DNA of 64,000 nt from an uncultured delta proteobacterium (GTDB taxonomy: Bacteria > Myxococcota_A > Polyangia > Polyangiales > Polyangiaceae), in assembly GCA_963782055.1 (NCBI GenBank), contig CAWAIF010000003.1, positions 2,336,001 through 2,400,000 of the forward strand, read 5' to 3'. Position numbers and translations under genes: made by a program. Shown here one piece after another: positions 31,373 to 42,429 of this stretch (position 1 is its first letter; each line of letters opens with the position of its first letter). The notes beneath the pieces are model-generated. The model was not told the DNA's origin. It did no database searches and was given only the letters and a program-made list of their open reading frames with translations.

Positions 31373-32418
31373 GGGCCCTCCGGCGGGTAGCTCGCGCGGA
31401 GCGGCGGCGCCGGCTCCTGGCCGGCCTCGTCCGCCAGCTCCGCCTCCGGCAGGTCCTGCAGGACCAGCAGCGGAGTCTTCGAGTGCGTGAGCATGTACAG
31501 CGCCACGCTGCCGAACGAGCGCTCGCGGTTGCATATGGCCCCGTGAGCGGAGAGCACCACCAGATCACTCTGCTCCCGCCGCGAGAGCTCGAGCAGGGAC
31601 TGCCGCTGGTCCGGGTGACGGATCACCACCGTTCGTACCTTGATGTCGCGCGGGAGCTGCGCGCGCAGCTGCTCGAGGTACCGCTTGGCGCCGGCTTCGA
31701 GCCGCGAGGCGAGGTGCCGCGCGAGCTCCAGGTCCTCCACGGCGGTGAGCATCGCGCTGGGCAGCGGCTCGAGGACCACGTGCGCGAGCAGCAGCTCGGC
31801 CCCGTGCGTCTGCGCCACGCGCGCGGCGACGGGCAGCACGCTCTCGGTCCGGACGGAGCCGTCGAGGGGAACCAGGATCCGCTTCGGTGCCACCTCGACG
31901 AGGTCGGGCAACCCGGGGCGCACGACGAGCACCGAGGTCCGCGCCACGGCGAGCACCTGCTGCACCGTGCTGCCCAGGTGCCACGCCGTCGCGCCGCCGT
32001 GCCCGTGACTGCCGAGCACCGTCACGTCGGCGCGGAGCTGCCGCGCCACGCTGGAGATGCGGTCCGCGGGGTGGCCCTGCTCCAGCCGGGTGTCGACCGT
32101 CTGCCCGGAGGCCCGCGCCGCCTGCTCCTGCAGGCGCTCGAGGTACGCGCTGGCTTCGTGCCGCGCGATCTCCCAGCCGAGGGCGTCGGTGGTGTGCGGG
32201 ACGTCCTCGTGCATCGGCTGCATGACGTGCAGGAGCGTCAGGCGGCTGCCGAACGTCCGGGCCAGGAAGATGGCATACGGCAGGCCCGCTTCGGACAGAG
32301 GCGAGCGATCGAGGCACACCAGGATCCGTCGGATCCCGCGCGCCTGTCGCGGAGGAGGACGAGGCTGCCGCGGCGGCGGAGCCGGGACGAGGGCAGGTGA
32401 GGTGACGGTGGTGGGCAT
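31369..32418 (-). CDS. Tandem-domain universal stress protein
   Basis: RILVCLDRS...VLGSHG...LGSTVQQVL and RILVPLDGS...VLSAHG...FGSVA. Confidence 0.92.
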   Translation of the reverse strand: MPTTVTSPALVPAPPPRQPRPPPRQARGIRRILVCLDRSPLSEAGLPYAIFLARTFGSRLTLLHVMQPMHEDVPHTTDALGWEIARHEASAYLERLQEQAARASGQTVDTRLEQGHPADRISSVARQLRADVTVLGSHGHGGATAWHLGSTVQQVLAVARTSVLVVRPGLPDLVEVAPKRILVPLDGSVRTESVLPVAARVAQTHGAELLLAHVVLEPLPSAMLTAVEDLELARHLASRLEAGAKRYLEQLRAQLPRDIKVRTVVIRHPDQRQSLLELSRREQSDLVVLSAHGAICNRERSFGSVALYMLTHSKTPLLVLQDLPEAELADEAGQEPAPPLRASYPPEGP

Positions 32419-32434
32419 GGGAGTGCTTCGTGCT

Positions 32435-32448
32435 TCAAGAACCCGGCC
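32435..32448 (-). promoter_or_regulatory. sigma-54-like promoter (GA at -12) of the usp-glucan operon
   Basis: (TT)GGCCGGGTTCTTGA(A) on the minus strand. Confidence 0.5.
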
Positions 32449-32570
32449 AACGCGGTGCGGCCTCGCACGTCCCACGCCGGGCAGGTCGCCGACCGCAGAA
32501 TGGGGCCGCGCCGCCGCAAGGGGTGCAGCGCTCCAGCGACGATTGCGCGGCGCCGTGCTGCCTCATCGAA

Positions 32571-32915
32571 TTAGCGGCCTCGCTTCGCTTTGGCCTTCTT
32601 GACGCGCTCCTCGCTCCGGTGTTCGGCCTTCTTCGCGGCTTCCTTCGCGCGGTGAACGACCTTCTCGGTGGCCTCCTGCGCCGAGTGAACGACCCTGGTC
32701 AGGATCTGCTTCGCGCCGTGCCGGAGCTTGTCCCCTTGTTCTTGCACCCGGTGGCCGCCCTCCCTGGCTTTCCCCTCGACCTCGGCTTTCGCGCTTCGGG
32801 CAACGTCGCTGGCCGTATCGGCGACCTCCGTCAACCGCGCAGTCGCCCGGGTGGCCCGACCGGTGCTCCTGGTCGAGGTCGCGTCGGTCTTCGCGCTGAT
32901 CTTGCTGGCTTTCAT
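32571..32915 (-). CDS. Small basic hydrophilic protein (LEA/apolipoprotein-like helical repeats)
   Basis: MKASKISAKT...AQEATEKVVHRAKEAAKKAEHR; AAGGAG RBS; sigma-54 motif upstream. Confidence 0.65.
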   Translation of the reverse strand: MKASKISAKTDATSTRSTGRATRATARLTEVADTASDVARSAKAEVEGKAREGGHRVQEQGDKLRHGAKQILTRVVHSAQEATEKVVHRAKEAAKKAEHRSEERVKKAKAKRGR

Positions 32916-32950
32916 CGTCCGACTCCTTGCCGTTCGTTCGGCGAGCCACT

Positions 32951-32964
32951 GCAAGCGCCAAGCC
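32951..32964 (-). promoter_or_regulatory. sigma-54 promoter
   Basis: (T)GGCTTGGCGCTTGC(A) on the minus strand. Confidence 0.65.
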
Positions 32965-33077
32965 ACTGGCTGGCAGCGTCGTCTCGTCCGGGACGCAGGC
33001 GCGCGCGATGCGCGCGGCGCCGCGTCGACTGCGTCGGAGAAGGTCCTGGCCGCACGCCTTGCCGCCGAGGCGCCGCG

Positions 33078-33091
33078 GGCACGAGGCTTGC
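33078..33091 (+). promoter_or_regulatory. sigma-54 promoter of xfp
   Basis: GGCACGAGGCTTGC(T). Confidence 0.7.
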
Positions 33092-33165
33092 TGCCCAGCC
33101 CAGGACCATGATGAACCACGGCTGCGGATGGATGGGCGGCGCGTTCGCCGCGCGGCGGTGACGGG

Positions 33166-35538
33166 ATGCCTCCGACCCTCTCTCCGGACCTGCTCGAGAA
33201 GATGGACGCCTACTGGCGCGCCGCCAACTATCTGTCCGTCGGCCAGATCTATCTCCGGGAAAACCCGCTGCTGAAGCGACCGCTGAAGCTCGACGACGTG
33301 AAGCACATGCTGCTCGGACACTGGGGCACGACCCCCGGGCAGAACTTCGTCTACGTGCACCTGAACCGGATCATCCGGAAGTACGACCTCGACATGATCT
33401 ACATCTCCGGCCCCGGGCACGGCGGGCCGGCGGTCGTGGGCAACACGTACCTCGAGGGCACCTACAGCGAGGTCTACCCGGACATCAGCCAGGACGAGGC
33501 CGGGCTCCGCAGGCTCTTCCGCCAGTTCTCCTTCCCCGGCGGCATCCCGAGCCACGCATCGCCGGAGTGCCCCGGCTCGATCCACGAGGGCGGGGAGCTG
33601 GGGTACTCGCTCAGCCACGCGTTCGGCGCGGTCTTCGACAACCCGGAGCTGGTCGTCGCCTGCGTCATCGGCGATGGCGAGGCCGAGACCGGACCGCTCG
33701 CCACGGCGTGGCACTCCAACAAGTTCCTCGACGCCGCGACCGACGGCGCCGTGCTGCCCATCCTCCACCTCAACGGCTACAAGATCTCCAACCCGACGGT
33801 GCTCGCTCGCATCACGCACGAGGAGCTGGACCAGCTGCTCCGCGGCTACGGGTGGACACCCCACTTCGTCGCCGGTCACGAGCCCGCGCGGATGCACGAG
33901 GCCATGGCCACGGCGCTCGACGCGGCGGTGGAGCAGATCCGGCGGATCCAGAAGGACGCCCGCGTCCGTGGCGATCTCACCCGCCCTCGCTGGCCGATGA
34001 TCGTCCTCGATTCACCCAAGGGCTGGACCGGACCGAAGGTGGTGGACGGGCGGCAGATCGAGGGCACCTTCCGGGCGCATCAGGTCCCCATCGCGGTGTC
34101 GCCGTCGAGCCCGCCTGGACACCTCGAGCAGCTCGAGGCGTGGCTGAAGAGCTACCGGCCGGAGGAGCTCTTCGACGCGGGGGGCCGGCTGCGACCGGAG
34201 CTGGCGGAGCTCGCGCCCGCGGGCAAGCGGCGCATGGGCGCGAACCCGCACGCCAACGGCGGCATGCTCCTGCGCGACCTGCGACTCCCCGACTTCGCCG
34301 ACTACGCAGCGGACGTCCCCTCGCCGGGGGTTCGCGGCATCGGTGACACGCACGTGCTCGGGCCGTTCCTGCGCGACGTGCAGAAGCTGAACGCCGATCA
34401 GCGCAACTTCCGGGTCTTCGGCCCCGACGAGACGCTCTCCAACGGTCTGAACGCGCTCTTCGAGTCGACCAATCGCCAGTGGGACGCCGCCACCGTGCCC
34501 AGCGACGAGTTCCTCGCGCCGGAGGGGCGCGTGATGGAGATGCTCAGCGAGCACCAGTGCGAGGGCTGGCTGGAGGGCTACCTGCTCACCGGGCGCCACG
34601 GCGTCTTCAACTGCTACGAGGCGTTCATCCACATCATCGACTCGATGTTCAACCAGCACGCCAAGTGGCTGAAGGTCACCTCGCAGCTGCGGTGGCGAAG
34701 GGACATCGCCTCTCTCAACTACCTCCTGGCCTCGCACGTCTGGCGCCAGGACCACAACGGCTTCACCCACCAGGACCCCGGCTTCATCGACCACGTCGTG
34801 AACAAGAAGGCGGAGGTCGTGCGCGTGTACCTGCCGCCGGACGCCAACTGCCTGCTCTCGGTGATGGACCACTGCCTGCGCAGCCGCCAGTACGTCAACG
34901 TGGTCGTGGCGGGCAAGCACCCGGCGCCGCAGTGGCTCTCGATGGACGCGGCCATCAAGCACTGCCAGGAGGGCATCGGCATCTGGCAGTGGGCCAGCAA
35001 CGATCAGGCCGTCACCCCCGACGTCGTCATGGCGTGCTGCGGCGACGTGCCCACGCTGGAGACGCTCGCCGCCGTGTCCATCATGCGCGAGCACCTCCCG
35101 GAGCTGAAGATCCGCGTGGTCAACGTCGTGGACCTCATGAGGCTGCAGCCGCCGTCGGAGCACCCGCACGGGCTCCCCGACAAGGACTTCGACGAGCTCT
35201 TCACCCGGGACAAGCCGGTCATCTTCGCCTTCCACGCGTACCCCTGGCTGATCCACCGGTTGACCTACCGCCGCACCAACCACGGCAACATCCACGTCCG
35301 CGGGTACAAGGAGGAGGGCACCGTCACCACGCCCTTCGACATGACCGTGCTCAACGATCTGGACCGCTTCCATCTCGTGATGGACGCCATCGATCGCCTC
35401 CCGCAGACCGGCGACCGGGGCATCTACCTGAAGCAGCAGCTCAAGGACAAGCTGATCGAGCACAGGCGATACATCGACGAGAACGGCGAGGACATGCCGG
35501 AGATTCGTGACTGGAAGTGGGGCGACCACACGCGATGA
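33166..35538 (+). CDS. xfp: Xylulose-5-phosphate/fructose-6-phosphate phosphoketolase
   Basis: [42 protein letters not shown]. Confidence 0.97.
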   Translation: MPPTLSPDLLEKMDAYWRAANYLSVGQIYLRENPLLKRPLKLDDVKHMLLGHWGTTPGQNFVYVHLNRIIRKYDLDMIYISGPGHGGPAVVGNTYLEGTYSEVYPDISQDEAGLRRLFRQFSFPGGIPSHASPECPGSIHEGGELGYSLSHAFGAVFDNPELVVACVIGDGEAETGPLATAWHSNKFLDAATDGAVLPILHLNGYKISNPTVLARITHEELDQLLRGYGWTPHFVAGHEPARMHEAMATALDAAVEQIRRIQKDARVRGDLTRPRWPMIVLDSPKGWTGPKVVDGRQIEGTFRAHQVPIAVSPSSPPGHLEQLEAWLKSYRPEELFDAGGRLRPELAELAPAGKRRMGANPHANGGMLLRDLRLPDFADYAADVPSPGVRGIGDTHVLGPFLRDVQKLNADQRNFRVFGPDETLSNGLNALFESTNRQWDAATVPSDEFLAPEGRVMEMLSEHQCEGWLEGYLLTGRHGVFNCYEAFIHIIDSMFNQHAKWLKVTSQLRWRRDIASLNYLLASHVWRQDHNGFTHQDPGFIDHVVNKKAEVVRVYLPPDANCLLSVMDHCLRSRQYVNVVVAGKHPAPQWLSMDAAIKHCQEGIGIWQWASNDQAVTPDVVMACCGDVPTLETLAAVSIMREHLPELKIRVVNVVDLMRLQPPSEHPHGLPDKDFDELFTRDKPVIFAFHAYPWLIHRLTYRRTNHGNIHVRGYKEEGTVTTPFDMTVLNDLDRFHLVMDAIDRLPQTGDRGIYLKQQLKDKLIEHRRYIDENGEDMPEIRDWKWGDHTR

Positions 35539-35580
35539 GGCCCGCCCGGGAACGGCCGACGGGGCCCACCCCCGCCGCGT

Positions 35581-36474
35581 TCACTTCTCGAGTCGCTTGC
35601 GTATCGCCTCGAGCTCCCGCCGGTGCTTCGCTGTGGGCGAGGGGTATTGCATCTCGAGCCCCTTGAAGAGCTCGACCAGGAGGTCGGCCACGATCAGCCG
35701 CGCGTTCTCCTTGTCGTCGGCGGGCACGACGTACCAGGGCGCCTCCTTGGTGCTCGTCGCGCCGAGGCACTCCTCGTAGGCGATCTTGTAGCGGTCCCAG
35801 AACTTCCTCTCCTCCACGTCGGCGAGGCTGAGCTTCCAGTTCTTGTCGGGATCGTCGATGCGCGCGAGGAAGCGCTTCCGCTGTTCCTCCTTCGAGAGGT
35901 GGAGGAAGACCTTGACGATGCGCGTGCCGTTGCGGTGAAGGTGGCGCTCCAGGTCCACGATGGAGCGATACCGCCCCTCCCAGACGGTCTTCGGGTCGAG
36001 CAGCGCGTCGGGGAGCCCCTCGGTGCGCAGGATCTCCGGGTGCACCCGTACGATCAGCACCTCCTCGTAGTAGGAGCGGTTGAAGATGCCGATGCGGCCG
36101 CGCTCCGGCAGCGAGCGCGTGGTTCGCCACAGAAAGTCGTGCTCGAGCTCGGTGGCGCTGGGGTGCTTGAAGCTGAAGACCTGGCAGCCCTGCGGATTGA
36201 CGCCGGACATCACGTGCCGGATGGCGCCATCCTTGCCGGCCGCGTCCATCGCCTGGAGGATGAGCAGCACCGCGTAGCGATTGGACGCGTAGTGGAGGCG
36301 CTGCAGCGCGGCGAGCTCGTCCACCTGCTCCTCGAGGCGTTTCTTGTACGCCTTCTTCGACGTGTAGACGGGCTTCACCAGCGTGGGCCAGTCGTCCAGG
36401 GTGACCGTCCTTCCCGGGGGCACACGGAAGTCGTCGGCGTCGATCTTCTTCTTCTTCTTCTTCTTCTTCGTCAT
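35581..36474 (-). CDS. ppk2: Polyphosphate kinase 2 family protein (class III-like)
   Basis: [11 protein letters not shown]alker [29 protein letters not shown]-terminal Lys8. Confidence 0.93.
   Translation of the reverse strand: MTKKKKKKKKIDADDFRVPPGRTVTLDDWPTLVKPVYTSKKAYKKRLEEQVDELAALQRLHYASNRYAVLLILQAMDAAGKDGAIRHVMSGVNPQGCQVFSFKHPSATELEHDFLWRTTRSLPERGRIGIFNRSYYEEVLIVRVHPEILRTEGLPDALLDPKTVWEGRYRSIVDLERHLHRNGTRIVKVFLHLSKEEQRKRFLARIDDPDKNWKLSLADVEERKFWDRYKIAYEECLGATSTKEAPWYVVPADDKENARLIVADLLVELFKGLEMQYPSPTAKHRRELEAIRKRLEK
36445..36468 (-). repeat. (AAG)8 trinucleotide tract encoding poly-Lys
   Basis: CTT x8 on the plus strand, codons 3-10 of ppk2. Confidence 0.9.
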
Positions 36475-39167
36475 GGCCGGACCTTGCTGGCGCCGTTGCG
36501 CTTGCGCACCTCGCGCTCCGCCTGCGCCCAGTCATCCTCCGCGTTGCCCTGGCGGCGTCCACCTTGCTCGTACAGCTCGTACGCCCGCGTGGCGATCTCG
36601 GGCCGAAGATCGCCTGCGTTCCTGGCCAGCAGAGGCGCCTTCGTGGGGTCGAAGATGCGGTAGGCGAGGAGCTTCACGCGGTCATTCACGAGGAACCAGA
36701 CGAGCGCATAGCCCCAGACGAAGAGCGCCCAGTGCCAGCCGACCGGCGTCATGAACAGGCCGTACACCGCCATGAGCGTCGCCAGCGCCTGCGTGCCGAC
36801 GACCGCGCCCAGCAGCAGCCACGCGGGCCGGATGGACCAGAAGGGACCGCGCGTGCGCGTCAGGAAGATCGTCAGGTGCCCGGCGACCGAGAGCTTCAGG
36901 TACATCAGCGTCTGGACGTGGGCGCGGTCGAGGTGGAAGACGCGCTCGCCCAGGTAGAACAGGCCGAAGGCGGCCACGACGCCCGTGACGCCGAGCACCG
37001 TGGAGATGCCCAGCACCAGGCGCATGTTCCACGCCTCCGGCTTGTCCTTGTAGTGAACGTCGTCGTACGCGATGGACAGGATCGCGCCGTCGTTGAGCAG
37101 CGCCAGGATCACGATCATCACCGCGGTGACCGGGTAGAAGTTGAACACCAGGATCGCCAGCGTCATGAAGAGCAGCACGCGCAGCGTCTCGGCGATGCGG
37201 TACATCGCGTAGCTGTTCATCCGCTGGAATATCTTCCGGCTCTCCTTGATCGCGAGGTTGATGACCGACAGGCCCGGTGCCAGCAGCACGATGGAAGCCG
37301 CAGCGCGCGCGGCGTCCGTCGCGCCGGATACCGCGATGCCGCAGTCCGCCTTCTTCAGCGCCGGGGCGTCGTTCACCCCGTCGCCGGTCATGCCGACGAT
37401 GTGACCGCGCTGCTGCAGGACGTCCACGATGTGGAACTTGTGCTCGGGAAAGACCTGGGCGAAGCCGTCCGCCTTGTCGATGGCCTCCGCGGCCTGCGCC
37501 GTCTCGTGGTGCTTCGTGTCGCCGAGGCCGCTGGCGTCCAGGATGTTGGTGCCCAGCCCGAGCTGCTTCGCCATCTCCCGGGCGATCGCGAGCTGATCCC
37601 CCGTCACCATCTTCACCTTGACGCCCATCTTCCCGGCGCTGGCGATCGTGGCCTTGGCCTGGTCGCGCGGCGGGTCGAAGAGCGGCAACACGCCGACGAA
37701 CTTCCACTTCCCCTCCTCGTCGGCGCGCGCCACGCCCAGCGAACGGAAGCCGCGCCCGGCGAAGGCGTTGACGGCCCCGTCCACCGCGGGCTTCACCTCG
37801 CCGGAGTCGGTCGCCATCTCCAGGATCACCTGCGGCGCCCCCTTGGCCACCTCGAACGGCTTGCCGTCGCCGCCCTTGACGGTGGCCTCGGTCCGCTTGT
37901 GCACCGGGTCGAAGGGCTGGAAGTGGACCACCTCGTAGTCCTTCAGCGCCCCAACGTCCTTCAGCCCGCCGATCACCGCGAGGTCGATGGTGTCCTTGTC
38001 CTCCGCGCGCGAGGCCAGCGCGGCGTCCAGGACTACTTGATCGGGGGCGATCCCGTCGACGCAGAACGGATCGCCGAGCGTCAGCTTGTTCTGCGTCAGC
38101 GTCCCGGTCTTGTCCGAGCACAAGACGTCCACGCCCGCGAGCTCCTCGATCGCCGACAGTCGCGTGACGATCGCCTGCTCCGTGGCCAGGACGCGCGCGC
38201 CCACCGCCATGGTCACCGAGAGGACCGTGGGCATGGCCACGGGGATCGCGGCCACGAGCAGCACCAGGGCGAACTGCAAGGTCGTCAGGACGGGGTCGCC
38301 GCGGAAGAGGGCGACGGTGACGATGACCACGACCAAGGCGACCGCGAGGACGATCAGGTAGTCGCCGATCTTCAGCACGGCGCGCTGGAAGTGACTGACT
38401 GTCCTCGCCTCGCTCACCAGCTGCGCGGTCTTGCCGAAGTAGGTCCGCTCGCCGGTGGCGTAGACCATCGCCTCCACCTCGCCGCGGCGGATGATCGACC
38501 CGGAGAACAGGGCCTCGCCCGCCTTGCGGTCCCTGGGCAACGACTCCCCGGTGAGCGCGGACTCGTCCACCTGCACCGGGTCGCCCGGCAGCAACCGGGC
38601 GTCCGCCGGCACGATGTCGCCCAGACAGATGCGGATCACGTCGCCCGGCACCAGATCGCGCGCCGCCGGGTTGCTCCACTTCCCGTCGCGCTTCACCGTG
38701 GCCTTGATCGCCAGCTTGGCCTTGAGCGCGGCGATGGCGTTGCCCGCCTGGCGCTCCTCCCAGAACCCGACCGCCGCGTTGGACACGAGCAAGAGGAGGA
38801 TGATGCCGAAGTCCAGCCAGTGCTGGACGACCGCCGACAGGACGACAGCGCCCTCGATCATCCACGGAATGGGGCCCCAGAAGTAGGAGAGGAGCTTCAG
38901 GAAGAGGTTCTGCTTCTTCTCCTGGATCTCGTTGGGACCGTACTCGGTGAGGCGCTTCTGCGCCTCCGCCTGGGTGAGACCGTCCGGCGTGGACTTCAGC
39001 CTGGTCTGGAGCTCCGGCATCGGCACCGACTTCAGGTCGCCGCCGGGGCCCGCCTTCGACCCCGCCTTGGACCCTCGCTTCGACCCCGGCGTGGGGCTGG
39101 AGATCCCGGGATGATGCGTGCTGGTGTCCATGCTCATTCGCGTCGTGGACTTCGACGCAAGCGCCAT
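36471..39167 (-). CDS. P3A-type plasma-membrane proton-efflux P-type ATPase with C-terminal DUF2934-like domain
   Basis: [44 protein letters not shown] (proton-acceptor Asp). Tail [28 protein letters not shown]. Confidence 0.92.
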   Translation of the reverse strand: MALASKSTTRMSMDTSTHHPGISSPTPGSKRGSKAGSKAGPGGDLKSVPMPELQTRLKSTPDGLTQAEAQKRLTEYGPNEIQEKKQNLFLKLLSYFWGPIPWMIEGAVVLSAVVQHWLDFGIILLLLVSNAAVGFWEERQAGNAIAALKAKLAIKATVKRDGKWSNPAARDLVPGDVIRICLGDIVPADARLLPGDPVQVDESALTGESLPRDRKAGEALFSGSIIRRGEVEAMVYATGERTYFGKTAQLVSEARTVSHFQRAVLKIGDYLIVLAVALVVVIVTVALFRGDPVLTTLQFALVLLVAAIPVAMPTVLSVTMAVGARVLATEQAIVTRLSAIEELAGVDVLCSDKTGTLTQNKLTLGDPFCVDGIAPDQVVLDAALASRAEDKDTIDLAVIGGLKDVGALKDYEVVHFQPFDPVHKRTEATVKGGDGKPFEVAKGAPQVILEMATDSGEVKPAVDGAVNAFAGRGFRSLGVARADEEGKWKFVGVLPLFDPPRDQAKATIASAGKMGVKVKMVTGDQLAIAREMAKQLGLGTNILDASGLGDTKHHETAQAAEAIDKADGFAQVFPEHKFHIVDVLQQRGHIVGMTGDGVNDAPALKKADCGIAVSGATDAARAAASIVLLAPGLSVINLAIKESRKIFQRMNSYAMYRIAETLRVLLFMTLAILVFNFYPVTAVMIVILALLNDGAILSIAYDDVHYKDKPEAWNMRLVLGISTVLGVTGVVAAFGLFYLGERVFHLDRAHVQTLMYLKLSVAGHLTIFLTRTRGPFWSIRPAWLLLGAVVGTQALATLMAVYGLFMTPVGWHWALFVWGYALVWFLVNDRVKLLAYRIFDPTKAPLLARNAGDLRPEIATRAYELYEQGGRRQGNAEDDWAQAEREVRKRNGASKVRP

Positions 39168-39359
39168 GCCCCCGGCCCCGCGGAGACTCGGACGGCGCCG
39201 CGCGCGGCGTGGACACTGCGGGACTGCGGAACGCCTTGCGCCGCGTGCGCCGCGCTTGCGTAGCCGTGCGGCTCGCGCGCCCGTCGCGCCGCGCCGCCGC
39301 CCGACGATCTTCCGCGGGCTCGGCCCCGGCAGGGCGGCAAGGCGTGCGGCGGTCGCGGT

Positions 39360-39373
39360 GGCACTCCGTCTGC
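39360..39373 (+). promoter_or_regulatory. sigma-54 promoter
   Basis: (T)GGCACTCCGTCTGC(A). Confidence 0.7.
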
Positions 39374-39385
39374 ATTGCGGGAGGC

Positions 39386-39742
39386 ATGCGCGTCCTGCTC
39401 GCCTACCCCGAGTTCCCGACGACGTACTGGGGCTTTCAGCACAGTCTGGCTCTCCTCGGAAAACGGGCGATGCTGCCGCCGCTGGGCCTCATCTCGGTGG
39501 CCGCGCTCTTGCCGCGCGAGTGGGAGGTGCGGCTGGTGGACCTGAACGTGGAGCCGCTGCGAGGCGACGACCTGGGCTGGGCGGACGTGGCCGAGGAGGT
39601 GGTGCTGCCGCGCCTCGCCAGCGCGCTGCAGCAGCTCGGCGTCCGGCCAGGCGCGCCCGCGCGCCGCGGCGTCGCGCTGCCGGTGTTTGCCGCGAGCTCG
39701 GCGGGGCCTCCCCGCGAGCGCAGGCTCGCGTCCGCGGGGTGA
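39386..39742 (+). pseudogene. B12-binding radical SAM (DUF4070-type) gene with large in-frame internal deletion
   Basis: MRVLLAYPEFPTTYWGFQH...PPLGLISVAALLP.EW..RLVDLNV...WADV joined directly to a C-terminal-like AEEVVLPRL; no CxxxCxxC. Confidence 0.75.
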
Positions 39743-39744
39743 CC

Positions 39745-40047
39745 ATGTCACGGCTCGCCATGACCGCCGCCCACCGGCTGGGCAAGGAAGAGGCCGCGCG
39801 GCGGCTGAAGGGCAAGCTGAGCGTCATGCTCGAGCGCTACGGGCACCACGCGAGCGACCTACACGAAACCTGGCAGGACGGCACGCTGTCCTTCGACTTC
39901 ACCACGACTGGCATGAAGGTGAAGGGGACGATGGCCGTCGAAGACAGCCAGGTACGCCTCGCCGCCGAGGTGCCCTTTGCCCTCGTGCTCTTCAAGCACC
40001 GGATCGAGAAGCGTATCCGCGCGGAGCTGGGCGGCCTCCTCTCGTGA
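39745..40047 (+). CDS. Polyhydroxyalkanoate-system (PHA_gran_rgn-like) protein
   Basis: H.LGKEEA..RL...W.DGTL.F...G..V.G...VED..V......PF....FK.RIE..IR.EL pattern. Confidence 0.75.
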   Translation: MSRLAMTAAHRLGKEEAARRLKGKLSVMLERYGHHASDLHETWQDGTLSFDFTTTGMKVKGTMAVEDSQVRLAAEVPFALVLFKHRIEKRIRAELGGLLS

Positions 40048-40148
40048 GGGCGCTGCGCGCCGTGCACGTATTGCGGAAGACCGCTCCTGTTGCACCCTCC
40101 GTCGCCGCGGCAGTACCCCGCGAACCGGGCTGCACGACGAGACCATCT

Positions 40149-40162
40149 GGCCTGGCCGATGC
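40149..40162 (+). promoter_or_regulatory. sigma-54 promoter
   Basis: (T)GGCCTGGCCGATGC(A). Confidence 0.6.
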
Positions 40163-40181
40163 ACGATCTGGCGGCAGCGCC

Positions 40182-42044
40182 ATGAGCACCCGTCTCCCGA
40201 AGATTCGCTGGTGGGGAGCTGCGCTCCGCGTGGGGGCGCTGCTCGCCGGCATCTTCATCACGTACCTGTACGTGATGAACGTGCTTCTGCTGACCGGACT
40301 CGTCCGGATCGCGGTCAACCGGATCTCGCCCGATGACCTGCACGTCGACTACCGGGTCGCGTACTCGCCCTCCTTCCTGCGGGTGCACACGACCGGCCTG
40401 GCCCTGCGCGGGGAGAGCGACTCGGTGCAGTGGTCGATCACCGCGGACCGCGCGAACGCCAGCTTCGGCCCGCTCGACTTCTTCTCGCGTCGCGTCAGCT
40501 TGCACGACGCGCGGGCGCGAGGCGTCACGACGCGCATCCGCTTCAAGGTCGCGCCCGCGGACGCCACGCGCGACTACGTGGCGTGGTTGCCGCCGATCGC
40601 GGGGTTCGCGGACCCGCCGCTGAAGGCCGCCGCTGCGCCGCCGCCGCCGGACGAGCCGTACCGCTCGTGGACGGTCCAGGTGAAGGACGTGATCGTCGAC
40701 GACGTCCGCGAAGTGTGGGTCGACACGGTCCGGGTGTCCGACCGGGACGGCCGCGCGGCGGGCAGCTTCCGTCTGGAGCCGGGACGGCGCTTCCTCCTCG
40801 GACCGACCGACGTCCGCACCGAGGACGCCACCGTGGCGAACGGCAAGGAGGTGATCACGAGCAACCTCCGCGGGAGCTTCGCGCTGCGCATCAGCGACTT
40901 CGACGTGAGGGACGTCCACGGTGTCGATGTGCTCCGGCACGTGGACGGGAAGGCGACGGCGCGCTCCACCGTCGGGAACCTGCACGTCTTCGACCGCTGG
41001 CTGCGCCCGTCGCACGTGGCGATCGCCGGGAGTGGAGGCCCGACGTGGTTCGCCGTGGAGCTGAACCACGGTCGGATCGTCGCGGGCAGCCGCGCGTGGT
41101 TCCGGGCCGAGAGCTGGAGCCTCTGGTCGGGCCACGACGGGGTGGCCGGCACCTCGGTCGTGCGCGCGGTCGTGCCTGACGGCCATCCTCGCCTCGCGAT
41201 CACCACCGAGACGTACGGCCTGAGCGTTCACCGGGACGAAGCCGAGGTGGTCCAGGCGCCGTCCGTCACCGCGTCGGTCGAGCTCGACAACGTGGACCTG
41301 ACCCGCCCGTTCGATCGGTGGTCAGCGTCGATCGACGTGCCCGCCGCGGCCGTGAAGGATCTGCGGACCCTCGATCGCTACCTCCACGAGCCGCGGCTCC
41401 TCGGCGGCTCGGCCAGGCTGAGGCTGCACGCCGATCTCACTCCACAGCTCGCGAGCGGACACGCTCATGTCGATGTGTCCGGCGCGTCCGTCACGGTCGG
41501 CAAGAGCCGTGTGACGGCGAGCGGCACGGCCGACGCGACCTTGCACGCCCTCGACCTTCACACCTGGAAGGGCGATCTCGCAGGCGCGCGCCTGAACCTT
41601 CAGGGCGTGTCCGCCGCGGGCGAGCGTGGTTGGTGGATCAACCTCGCCGCCAACCCGCTGTCCATCACGCTGGAGCACGGTCTCGGCGTGTCGGGCACCG
41701 TGAGCGGCAAGTGCCGGGACGCGCAGCTCCCGCTCGCCATGCTGGGCGCTCCGGGCATCGTGCGGGGGGTCTTCGGCTCGGACGGCTTCACCTTGAGCAC
41801 GGGCTTCCGCTTCTCGAGCGGTGTCACCGATCTCTCCGATCTGCGATTCATCGGCGGAAGCGTGGACGTGAGGGCCCACTATCGCGCAGGCGACGGCGCG
41901 GTGTTCGTCGACACGCCGCTCGTCAACGTGGGGCTGCTCATCCATGCGGGCGAGACCTCGACCCACCTGTTCGTCACGCGCGACTGGTATGCGCGGACGC
42001 TCGGCGCCCGGCCGTCAACGCGCGGACGAGGTGGGCCCGCCTGA
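40182..42044 (+). CDS. N-terminally anchored beta-rich envelope protein (possibly AsmA-like)
   Basis: Single TM (ALLAGIFITYLYVMNVLLLTG) followed by ~580 aa of alternating beta-strand-like sequence. Confidence 0.6.
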   Translation: MSTRLPKIRWWGAALRVGALLAGIFITYLYVMNVLLLTGLVRIAVNRISPDDLHVDYRVAYSPSFLRVHTTGLALRGESDSVQWSITADRANASFGPLDFFSRRVSLHDARARGVTTRIRFKVAPADATRDYVAWLPPIAGFADPPLKAAAAPPPPDEPYRSWTVQVKDVIVDDVREVWVDTVRVSDRDGRAAGSFRLEPGRRFLLGPTDVRTEDATVANGKEVITSNLRGSFALRISDFDVRDVHGVDVLRHVDGKATARSTVGNLHVFDRWLRPSHVAIAGSGGPTWFAVELNHGRIVAGSRAWFRAESWSLWSGHDGVAGTSVVRAVVPDGHPRLAITTETYGLSVHRDEAEVVQAPSVTASVELDNVDLTRPFDRWSASIDVPAAAVKDLRTLDRYLHEPRLLGGSARLRLHADLTPQLASGHAHVDVSGASVTVGKSRVTASGTADATLHALDLHTWKGDLAGARLNLQGVSAAGERGWWINLAANPLSITLEHGLGVSGTVSGKCRDAQLPLAMLGAPGIVRGVFGSDGFTLSTGFRFSSGVTDLSDLRFIGGSVDVRAHYRAGDGAVFVDTPLVNVGLLIHAGETSTHLFVTRDWYARTLGARPSTRGRGGPA

Positions 42045-42117
42045 GCTGCGCCGACTTTCCGGACTTGACGGCGTGATCCATGGTGGAGCCGGCGGCGCGC
42101 GTACATGTGGGTACGCT

Positions 42118-42131
42118 GGCGCGGTCCATGC
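42118..42131 (+). promoter_or_regulatory. sigma-54 promoter
   Basis: (T)GGCGCGGTCCATGC(T). Confidence 0.6.
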
Positions 42132-42162
42132 TTCGTCCTGGGCAAAGGAAGTGAGGCACATC

Positions 42163-42429
42163 ATGTCCATCATTGGCTGGATCATTCTCGGGCTGCTCGC
42201 GGGGTTCATCGCGAGCAAGATCGTGAACAGGACCGGCGAGGGCGTGTTCCTCGACATCGTGCTCGGTATCGTGGGCGCGATGGCGGGTGGGTTCGCCTTC
42301 AGCCTCATCGGCACCGCGGGCGTCACCGGGTTCAACCTCTGGAGCCTGTTCGTCGCGGTCATCGGCGCCGTGCTCGTGCTCGGCATCTACCACGCGTTCA
42401 CCGGCTTCCATCACCACAGAACCGCGTGA
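42163..42429 (+). CDS. GlsB/YeaQ/YmgE stress-response membrane protein
   Basis: MSIIGWIILGLLAGFIASKIV...DIVLGIVGA...WSLFVAVIGAVLVL. Confidence 0.92.
   Translation: MSIIGWIILGLLAGFIASKIVNRTGEGVFLDIVLGIVGAMAGGFAFSLIGTAGVTGFNLWSLFVAVIGAVLVLGIYHAFTGFHHHRTA

Noticed and set aside
23955..31390. Very long alternative ORFs (2396 aa minus, 1512 aa plus) overlapping the glucan enzyme, and similar overlapping ORFs elsewhere
   Set aside because: Arg/Pro/Ala-rich off-frame or antisense shadows, expected at this GC content; no recognisable motifs.
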